Below are positions 22,351-31,519 of a stretch of DNA of 35,789 nt, piece by piece. The number at the start of each line of letters is the position of its first letter. The stretch's first letter is position 1. This stretch comes from Spirogloea muscicola. Its lineage: Eukaryota. Under the pieces are notes generated by a model. The model saw only the letters and a program-made list of their open reading frames with translations. It was not told where the DNA came from and did not search any database. The DNA is taken from NCBI GenBank assembly GCA_009602725.1, contig WELB01000002.1:910151-945939 (forward strand). Reading direction: 5' to 3'. The translations under genes and the position numbers were made by a program.

Positions 22351-25300
22351 GGCGGCTGCCGGCCGCCGCCGCCGCCGCCGCGCTGTGCTTCATCGCCCTG
22401 GTGCTGCTGGCCGGCCCCGCCGACGCCGCTCAACATAAGTACTCGGGCCGCTTCAAGGACAACGTGATCTGCACCCCCCTTCTCCCTCCTCTCTCGCTCC
22501 TCCTCGCGCTCGCCTGGCGCCTCCGCCGTGCCTCCGCCGCGTTATGAGAGCGGGCTGCTCACTGCTGCTTGCGGTTCCCGACGTCTGCAGCCCCGGTATC
22601 ACCAGCCGTACTACCACTATGACGGCGGCCACGAGGGCTTATACGCGTCGCGCGGTGGGCCCATCCAGAGCCACTTCTCCAGCACGCGCCCCCAAGTTGC
22701 CGACGGTGTCTCCTACATCAGGTCAGACTTGGAGCTAACTGCAGGGCTCCCCAAGCCCCGTGCTGTGTGATCACGCGGTGACCAACTTGACCGGCCTCGT
22801 TTCAGCAGCTAATCCTCCTGGCGCGACCATTGTATGTGGTTTCCTCCAACTCGCCTGAGCTTGCGGCCAGCTATGTTTGCAGTGCCTGCATGTGTGCCAC
22901 AGTCCTAGAGTTCGGCGCTTGCCACTGCAACCCCATTGCATGCTGGGCTCAACCATGGTAGATACTGAGCCGTCTTTGCAGCAATGAGATGCGAGCGTTG
23001 GAGCCAGAGAAAGTTCTGGTCAAGCTGATGTGGAGCCTTTGCTGCTACGCATTGTCTGCAGGTTACAGCATCTGGCTTTCCACAGGACCAATGCAACGGC
23101 AAACAAGTACAAGCATTCAGACACTCACACTGGACTAGTGCAAGCTGTTCTGTTTGAGGTCCATGACTTTGGCAGGAAAATTTTCTATACAACCAGACTC
23201 CAGACGTTCTTGTGCTGTACCGAGGCCCTGAAGAGTCGCAATTTGTGCCAGGAGCTGAACGAAGTGATTGTGAACAAGTCGGTGGACGATAAGGTACGGG
23301 GCACAGTCAGCTGACGAATCATCTGTCGCAAACTTTCCAAAGTCTGACAGATTCTTGAAAACCTCGTCGCAGCATTGTCCTGCTTGCCATTAATGATTCG
23401 CAACAATCTCCTTCGCAATCGCTCTGCAGTGGCCGCATGTGGAGTCGTACTACTTCCAAGGCACCGACCTGGATTTGAAAGTTGATGATACGACCTTCCA
23501 GATCGACAAGACCGGCATGTACTTCCTCTGGTTCGTAACTTGCGACAGAAACCTGTATGAAGACTTGACTATATCAGGACTGAGTACCTGGAAGAACCCT
23601 GGGGGTTTCCTTCCTGGCATGAAGGTTCCCCTGCTCTCCTTCTACGCTCTCATGTCTTTGGTAAGCCCATGCTACACAGCTTGACTGTCAGAGGCCTGCT
23701 CATGCCTGCTTGCTCCAGCAAGATAAGAAACAGGAATGCAATGTAGCTGTTGGGTGACAGTAGAGTGCTTTCCAAGGCATGCGGCAGATTCTTCTGGAAT
23801 TGTACAATGAAGACCTTCTATCTGGCATTTCAATGGCTTTGAGGTGTGCAGGCTTATTTGCTTCTTGGTGTACTTTGGCTGCTCCAATATGCCCGCTACT
23901 GGAAGGACATCCTTCAGCTGCAAAACTGCATATCAGCAGTATTGGGTCTGGGGATGATGGAGATGACAATGTGGTACTTCGACTATGAGAATTTCAACCA
24001 AACGGGAAAGAGGCCTATTGGTATCACAATTTGGGCTGTGACACTGGGAGCAATTCGGAAAACTGTGTCTCATATGCTCGTCCTTGTTGTCTCAATGGGA
24101 TTTGGAGTAGTCCGCCCTACACTTGGTGGACTGTCTCTGCAGGTCTGTTGCTATGCCAGCCACTTTGACCTCTTTGAGAGTGGTATAGCATTGCAATGAG
24201 AAGGGGCGGCTTATTTGATGCCAGCAGCTATTGCACACGCAATAACAGCCCTGTGTTCCCTCAGTTTGAGACTCTGGTTGAGATTGACGTCATTGGTGTT
24301 GCAGGGAATGAGACGATTAATCTGACACTGGGGCTTGGATTGTTAGACAGATTTGTCCCTCCTTGATCAATCATAGCGTTCAATTGCCTGATTTTGTAAG
24401 GAGGAATGCTCTTGAAAATGGATATATCATGCACAGATTACTGATCAGCACCTGACTATCTGCATGGCAGGTGATTCTGTTTGGAGCAACATACTTTGTA
24501 GCAACAGAGGTTTTGGAAGTCTGGGAGCACGTCGGCACCATCTCTGACCTCTACAAACTTGAGAAAGCTTTCCTAGTCCTGCCAGAGTCTGTGCTGGAGG
24601 CTATCTTCATATTGTGGATCTTTACCTCGCTATCCAAGACTCTTGCGCAACTTCAAGTACGTGTTTGCTTGCTTTCACCAACAGCGGAATAGGCAGCCTT
24701 GTAGGCTAGCTTCGCACATCACACATAGGGGATACGAGAAAGTAAAGACAGCATGTCTATGCACTTTGTTCCTGAAGCTATGACTTGGCAGATGACCCCC
24801 TTTTACTTTCTTCTCCAGGCACGGCGACAGGTGGCAAAGCTTGACTTGTATCGGAGATTTACCAACGCCCTTGCCATAGGTGTGCTTGTAGCTGTTGCCT
24901 GGATTGGATATGAGGTAAGCAAGGATTGTTGCCACTATCTACAGTATGTTGTAGCTTGCTTCTTTAAGTGCTGGTGCCTTCATTGTCCTCTGGTTGCCTG
25001 CTGAGATGAAAAGGACTAAGTGGACACCACTTTAGTCCTCATTGCATCATTTCGTTCCTGCATCTACTTGCAGATTTACACAAGCAGTTCCGACCCACTA
25101 GGCGCCTGGGAACGACTTGAGATCATCACCCACTTTTGGGACGTGCTCTCATTCCTCCTCCTCGTCACGATTTGTGTGCTCTGGGCACCAAGTCAGAATT
25201 CCACAAGGTGGGGGCGCAACTTGTGCCAGTGCTGAATTGAAATCCTGGCGCTCTTGATGCCTTGCTATGCTTAAGTGGCAAGTGCGTGACTGGAATGTGT

Positions 25301-25647
25301 CAGTCAGCCATGGAGTGAGTATGACAGTGAGTATAGGTGCCAATGAGGTGGCGATGTTGTTTGGCCTGTTTCCTCTCTTTGAGGCCTCAGCATCTCCAGG
25401 TTGCACGCCTGATCATGTGATAGCATGCATGCATTGGCATGCATCCAGGTATGCGTACTCCGAGGATGTGCCTGATGATGGTGCTGATGAGGAGGCCGTG
25501 GCACTGACAACATCGGCGGGCGGTGGCGGGGGAAAGACGTTTGAGGGTGACGAGAAATCTTCAAAGGAGCAGCGTGGGGCTGCTGTCAACACGGACGTGT
25601 TTAGCTTGGACGATGATGCTGCTATCGAGGAGGGCAAGTTGGACTGA
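22351..25647 (+). CDS. Lung seven-transmembrane receptor family protein (TMEM87/GPR107-like). Start codon not visible (N at 22350). Exons about 22351-22463, 22591-22721, 23062-23293, 23430-23660, 23852-24142, 24471-24656, 24819-24914, 25074-25207, 25449-25647
   Basis: Signal-peptide-like ALCFIALVLLAGPADA then AQHKY; GGHEGLYAS; KTGMYFLWFVTCD; TWKNPGGFLPG; LQLQNCISAVLGLGMMEM; VLVVSMGFGVVRPTLGG; LWAPSQNSTR/YAYSE; ends EEGKLD. GT-AG introns, phase-consistent. Confidence 0.92.
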
Positions 25648-26040
25648 CGCACTAGCGGCTTGCGCAGCAGCCAGCCAGGCATGCTGGAGGGGATTGCCCA
25701 CCATTCCAGCAGCCGATCTCTCCATAGCCAGGCTTGCAAAAGGGACGGCGGTTAGGGCATGCCGGCGACGGGCGCAAGGCAGGGGAGACGTGAGGCACTG
25801 CGGGAGTGAATACTCAAATGGGCGGCCAGACTGCGGAGAGCAGGCGGCCTGCAGTAGCTACGTGCTTTGCGCTTGTCGGCCATCTGCACCTCAGCCAGGC
25901 CTTGTCGGGCAGGCGATGGAGGGCCTGAGTGGCCGATTAAACGGCAAGCAAATGAACAGATGCACAGTATGGGAGGGCGTGGCCAGGAGAGGGACTGACC
26001 AATGTTCGGAAGGGGCCATGAAAAGAAGAAGGTGGCTCTC

Positions 26041-26331
26041 CCAAAGGAAAGTGCGCGAGTGGTGAGAGATGGGGGGGCCATGTGTGGCCAAGTACAGAGG
26101 CAAGCACACTCACAGATGTGCAACACCTGCCAAGGGAGAAGAAAGTGCTCGCCCATTGAGAACAGGGGCTGGAAAAGCCAGCCCAAAAAAATCAAGGACG
26201 AGAAGGGGGGCCAGGGGAAGCGCTACGACAAACAAGCACACAAAGGGGAAATGCGTGTATATTAAGAGATGGGGAGGCCATGTGTGGCCAAGTACAAAGG
26301 CAAGCACATTGGACAAATGTACGTCACCTGC
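26041..26331. repeat. Degenerate direct repeat: 44-bp core (2 mismatches), copies 200 bp apart
   Basis: agagatgggg(g/a)ggccatgtgtggccaagtaca(g/a)aggcaagcaca at 26065-26108 and 26265-26308; weaker similarity extends on both sides. Confidence 0.85.
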
Positions 26332-26568
26332 TGCTAAGCTGACCAGCTCAGTAACCACGAGTCAGCACACAGAGGTCGCTAGCTGACGCTCGAATACCGG
26401 ACGGCAATTGACTAGCTCTTGTGCCAGCAGCTAAGGCTCGACCAGCTTTCTGATGCAGAGCATACGCCTGAGCTCGTTGCAGACAGGTTGACACTCGACG
26501 TCGCAGAAATGACAGATAGGCTGCCGGCATACCCATCTGGGCTGGGAGCATATCCTCGCGNNNNNNNN

Positions 26569-27133
26569 CGCGCCGCGCCGCCTTGCCGCGGCGCCGCCGG
26601 CGGCAGCGCGCCACGCGTGGCCGACCGCGTCGTCAACCTGGTGGCCATCGACCCCGACGGCGACCGCCACGCTGTCAAGGGCCTCGCCGGCCAGTCCCTC
26701 CTCCAGGTCCCCTCCCCGCCACACCGCCGCATCCGCTGCCGCTGCAGCAGCTCCGTCTCCGCGCGCCGCGGGCCGCGCGCGGCTCCAGAGCTCGCCATGG
26801 CGGCGGCAGCTTCACGTTAGAGGCAGCACTGTCTCACCACTATCTCGGGGGCGCCTCGCGCAGACGCTGATCCGGAGCAAGGTGCGGGGCACGGAGGACC
26901 ACGACCTTGAGGAGATCGGGTCGTGCAACGGGACGTGCGAGGTGACGATCGCCAACGAGTGGCTGCAGCAGCTGCCGCCCAAGTCGGCGGCAGAGCACGA
27001 GCGCCTGGTGGCGGTGTCCGCGACCGGCGCCGTCAACTCCCACTCCCGCCTCGGCTGCCAGCTCCGCCTCACGCCCGCGTTGGACGGCATGGTCGTCGCG
27101 CTCGTGGACCCCCGCCCCTACCACACCCTCTGA
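26569..27133 (+). CDS. C1-FDX: Mitochondrial complex I ferredoxin bridge subunit (C1-FDX, adrenodoxin-like fold). 5' end lost at the N run. Exons <26569-26706 and 26864-27133
   Basis: VADRVVNLVAIDPDGDRHAVKGLAGQSLLQ/TLIRSKVRGTEDHDLEEIGSCNGTCEVTIANEWLQQLPP...NSHSRLGCQLRLTPALDGMVVAL closely parallels the Arabidopsis C1-FDX sequence as recalled, including the His/Cys/Cys/Cys ligand pattern. Confidence 0.88.
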
Positions 27134-27832
27134 CGGCGCACCCGGAGCCTTCGCCATCACCACTACCTTTCACCTTCTAGCGGCAGGCAGAGGCGCTCAG
27201 CTGCCGACCGGGACTGTCAAGCAGGTGAAGTCAGCACAGCCCATTTGAGCCCAAGCTCGGGCACCGCGGCTCAAGCAGAGCTGCAAGCAGCGCACGCCTT
27301 GGCTTTGATTTTACGCAGCTTCGGTAGGCGCTGTTCAGCACTTGGACAATGTAGGTCACGCTATAGGTCTTGCATTGATGAATTGTGCCGCCATAAGAGT
27401 GTCCGAGCGTTTGGGCTGGCCTCGAAACCTGACAGGCAGCCAGCCTGAGCTGCCGAGCCGTGTGTTACGCGCTGGATGTAAACACCGAACCACCTGATGA
27501 TTGATGGGAGAAACACTCTGCCACAGCTTGCAGCAACTTCTAGGGCATTGCAAGGAACCCATGTCACAGGGGACTGCTCAGATTGCACAACGTGCGCATT
27601 ACTTTGTGACCACTTTGGAGGCTGGGCAGGTATCTCGTGACTCTTATACAGTGACACTCGAGGTTCTGTTATGTGGCTTCTCAGCGAACAACAGGCAGCT
27701 GCCATGCTGACCACCTGAGGCAATCACAACACACTGCAAAAAGGGCTTCCAGCAGCTGTGCGATGCAGGTGCTCAAATGGGGCACCATGCTCAGGGCCGA
27801 GCCAGGCTTGCATGCAAGCTGCAGCAAGATTG

Positions 27833-29643
27833 TCACGCAACGGGCACCAGCGGCTCTGCCAACGCAGGTGGGAGCGATGCGTCAAGTGGCAGCAGTCTCT
27901 CCAGGACATCAGTGTCGCGGACAACGATACGCTGTGGCAGGATAATTGCTGCCAAAGGCCTGTCACCATGACCTCCACATTCGTCGATGATCATTCGATT
28001 CCTGCTCGGAAACTCCAGCACACCATGATGACCACTGATCAACAACACGTCGTCTCCGAGCTCCTACACAGGGAGAGAGCTTGTCAAGAATGGAGCAAGA
28101 GACCTCGGCTGAAGGTAGCCAGTCCTTTCTGCTAGACGGTATGTAGCCAGTACAAGTATCAGTGAGGCTTAACATGCTGACATGACATAGCCACAAAGAT
28201 TACCAGAAGCACAAGGCAGGACCCCCTAATTCAAGGTCAATGAGTGGTGAGGCTTAAGTTAAAGCAGAAAAGGAAACCCTAGATCACTTCAAGATTAACG
28301 TGGCTGCCGCAGACACTCCCTCACCGGAGGTGTCTCCCAGACATTGCTTCGGCCACTGAGCTGCTCGATGCGAGGCTGCAGCACATCGCGCGCACGTAGC
28401 ATGTTCAGCTGCTCCTCCACAGGCTCAGAGCTGAGCAAGCCTGCGTGCACTGCAATCAGGCGCTTGTAGCTGGTCTCAGGGTCACCAGTGTCCACCCCCT
28501 CCTGCACCAGCAGGGCGGTCGTCCTCGCAAGTCAAAGGAGGGGATGCAGCAGAGTCGGTCCAAAACCTGCTGTAATGGGCGCCTGTGGACAGGCTTCGTT
28601 AGGTAGGTGGCCACAAGCTCACTTGGACGGGTCCTGGCCCAAGCCGCAGAGAAGACACGGTCGAGGACAAGAAGGCAGCATGAAGGCAATGGGGTGGAGG
28701 GGCACGTTTTCCTGCACTTATCGACTAGGCCGCGTACCTGCTCGTGGACCCACACGAGGTTCCGCAGAAACTCCTTGTGGCTCTCGGGGACGGCGGCCAG
28801 CAGGGCTGTGGAGGCGCAAGCGAGGCACATGTAGATGAGCATGGACGCTGTGCGAAGAAGCTGCAGAGCAGGCGCCCTGGAGGTTCTGTCAACCCACAAG
28901 TCAACATTTGGCACATGCGGCCGGCCAAGCCTGTGACACTAGCAGCGCAGGCGGCCAGGCCAGGTCTACAGAGAGGAAATTTGGGTCAGGGTCGTGGGCG
29001 GAGGTGCTCGCACCCGCACGGTCGCCGTGAGGGCAGCCATACGAGGCGAAGGTGGAGGCGGCGTCGTAGGTGCTGCCGAGGTAGAGGCCGCCCTTAGGGT
29101 TGTGCTTGTCTACCATGGTGCCCGCCCACCTGCCGGGAGCAGCCCACCATGGCATTGCTCGAGCACGTCCTCCCGAGCTCGCAGCGCAGCGGCGGCAGCG
29201 GCAGCGGCGCCCGTAGCGGCGCACCTGCGGCCCTGAACGTGGACGGCGTCGACGTCGGGGCCGTCCCACCAGCCCTCGCGGGCCTGCTTGTCGGCCAGCG
29301 GCGGCCAGGTGGCGGGCATGGCGAAGCCCGGCGGCGGCGGCGGCAGCGCGCCCAGGAAGGCGGCGAAGGAGAAGTCGTGGTTGCCGGCGAGGAAGACATG
29401 GGTCTGGCGCGACATGGCGGCGGGCAGGGCGGCGAGCCAGTCCAGGAGCGCGCGCGTGTCGGGGCCTCGGTCGTTGTAGTCGCCCAGGAACACCACGGCG
29501 GCGGTCGCAAACGCGGCGGCTCCAGCGGCGGCCTCCAGCGCCGCCCACAGCCGCGCCGCCTTGGAGGCCTGACCGTGCAGGTCGCCCACGCAGATGGTCA
29601 GGCGCTCGCCCCCCGGTGGCGCCGCCGCGGGCGGCGCCGCCAT
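27833..29643 (-). CDS. RLPH2: Rhizobiales-like PPP-family phosphatase (RLPH/Rhilph). Exons 29643-29225, 29129-29014, 28805-28738, 28501-28325, 28063-27833
   Basis: PPP motifs GDLHG, GDYNDRGP, GNHD, VHAG, SGHHG; RLPH-type QGRR/WAG, GSTYDAASTFASYGCPHG, VPESHKEFLRNLVWVHE, IIDECGG..DRPLAAIILP. Frame intact. Confidence 0.93.
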
Positions 29644-29927
29644 GGCCGCCGCGGCGCCCGGCGCCGGGGGCGGCGCGGGGAGAAAGCGGTACCAATGGGG
29701 AACTAAGGGGCGCTAGAGAAGCTAGTGAGTGCAAACACGGGGAGGCTTGGGGTCAATATCAGCACCATACGGAGTCAAAGGTGGGGAGGTGAGAAGAGGC
29801 GCACGGGAGAGCCACGGAGAGGCTAAGCTCGGCTGATGCACTGCTCTTGCGACAGGCAAAGGTGCTACAATGTCCAGGAAGATAACCCACCGAAGCCCCG
29901 CCGCTGGGAGGGGATACAGGGCTTCGG

Positions 29928-29950
29928 TTTAGGGTTCAGCAAACCCTAAA
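29928..29950. promoter_or_regulatory. Inverted pair of telo-box/telomere motifs (TTTAGGGTT-cagca-AACCCTAAA) in the interval upstream of RLPH
   Basis: Plant telomere unit on both strands. AAACCCTA telo-boxes are known plant promoter elements; function here is inferred. Confidence 0.5.
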
Positions 29951-29976
29951 TCCTGATCCGAAGTGGTTGGCAGGCA

Positions 29977-31029
29977 ATGGTGGGCAGGCAGCCCGGGCGA
30001 CGCCGCCGCCTGGCGTTGGCCTCCCCGAGGGCCTCGCGGCGGCCAGCCCCTGCTCAAGCCTCCTGCCCAACAGGCTGCCGCCAAAGTGGGTCAGCCACCG
30101 TCGCCGGTGGGGGCCTCTGACCTTTCCTCGTGGGCAGCCCCTTGCGGTACATGGACAAGGGCGACGGCCGCCGCACTGACCGTGGTGAGCCCCTGGCGTC
30201 CGCAGCTCACCTCCGCTGCTCCTCCAGACGTAAGAGCCTCTGGTGTCTACCCCGTGCCTTGTGTGAAGAAGGGCTTCTCGCCGCCGCCTCCTTCTATGCC
30301 AAGGGAAAGGGCGGGTGCCGCTGTTGCGGCAGGCGCGTCTGACTTGATCGCGCCAGGGCCGACGCAGTGAAGGGGAGCCAGGAATCCTGGCTGAGGAACG
30401 TCGACGAGCTGTGCGCCGCCGCTCACTTGGCCACAGAGGCTTGCAGTGTGGACCACCAGTGGACCCTGGCTCTGCTAGAGGACATGGTGAGCCTGCCGTG
30501 GAGTGTGAGCATGCCACCAGTTGCAGTTTGGGATGACTGATGTCAAAGCCTCCCCATAGCGGCCCGTCGTGGACGCTCAGAGGTCCTGCTCCTAAGTGGG
30601 GTGTGGCATTGTCAGGCGTCCAGAGGGCAGACATTGCACTCGCTCCGAGCGGAGGCTCAGAAAGTGAAAGTTGCTCCAATGAATCAAGATGAACATGGCC
30701 AGGTGAGATGCTTCTTTGCTCACACTTCCACTTGCGAAGCTTCGAGCCTTCGCTCCACTTGCTAACACGTTGTTAGGACCTAAAGTCTGCTACTGATATG
30801 GGTTACAAGTATACAGCGAATCTGACGCACGCCCTGGTGACATGGAGGCGGCAGTCCCAGGAGCCGGTGGACGGCAGTGTCGACCTGAGGGCTGCTGACT
30901 TGCTATCCTCTGTTGATAACGTGTGTGCAGGAGAATGAGGAAGACGAGCTGCAGGACGCTCTCTTGTGGTCAGAGCTTATGCTCGTTGGCAGCCGTGCTG
31001 GCCATCGGGCGGCCATGCACAGTGCCTGA
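29977..31029 (+). CDS. Hypothetical protein, about 150 aa. Proposed exons 29977-30089, 30206-30229, 30357-30486, 30616-30702, 30931-31029
   Basis: Four GT-AG introns (donors gtcagc, gtaaga, gtgagc, gtgaga) with CTGAY/CTAAG-like branch motifs join in phase into an ATG-to-TGA frame. No family recognised. Confidence 0.4.
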
Positions 31030-31519
31030 CCTTGCGTGATGACAGCTTCATGGCTGCAATGAAGTGCTAGCAAGCTGGAGACTGGGCAAGCAAGGAGACA
31101 TCACAAGTGCCATCTAGGTTATAAGCTGGGATCCTGGTTTTGAGCTGTATTTGTTTGTGCAATCGCTTCCTGCCAATAGACATCCATGATGGGTGTGCAA
31201 TCTGGGCCTGAACGTGGCGATTATCCGCTTGAAGCGGCCTGTGGTGCTTGGCTTGGGCAAATCAGAGCTGTACACTGTACTCAGCCATGTGTATCGTGAG
31301 AAACTATGGGTGTACCTACCTAGCAGTACTCAAACATGTCATATACTCGAAGGGAAATGCGTGATGTAGCAGAGCTGTGCTAGCACGACATTCACCCGAT
31401 TAGCCCCCTTGGGGCTCGTGCCACTCTCCACTATGTACAGGATGAGCAGTTACCTCTACTTAGATCTACTTAAACCAGGCTGTACACTCAGCGCGTTGCT
31501 TCTATACAACACACCACAG

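Noticed and set aside
7500..22467. Many overlapping alternate-frame and antisense ORFs over TOR exons
   Set aside because: Expected shadows of GC-rich coding sequence; no independent motifs.
26065..26308. Direct repeats as a CRISPR array
   Set aside because: Only two copies, a 156-bp spacer, eukaryotic context and no cas genes.
27833..29643. RLPH as a recent horizontal transfer from bacteria
   Set aside because: The bacterial-like ancestry of this family is already known and ancient; the gene has four spliceosomal introns and is plant-like.
29936..30679. 247-aa minus-strand ORF
   Set aside because: No recognisable motifs, GC-rich, and antisense to a plus-strand model with better splice signals.
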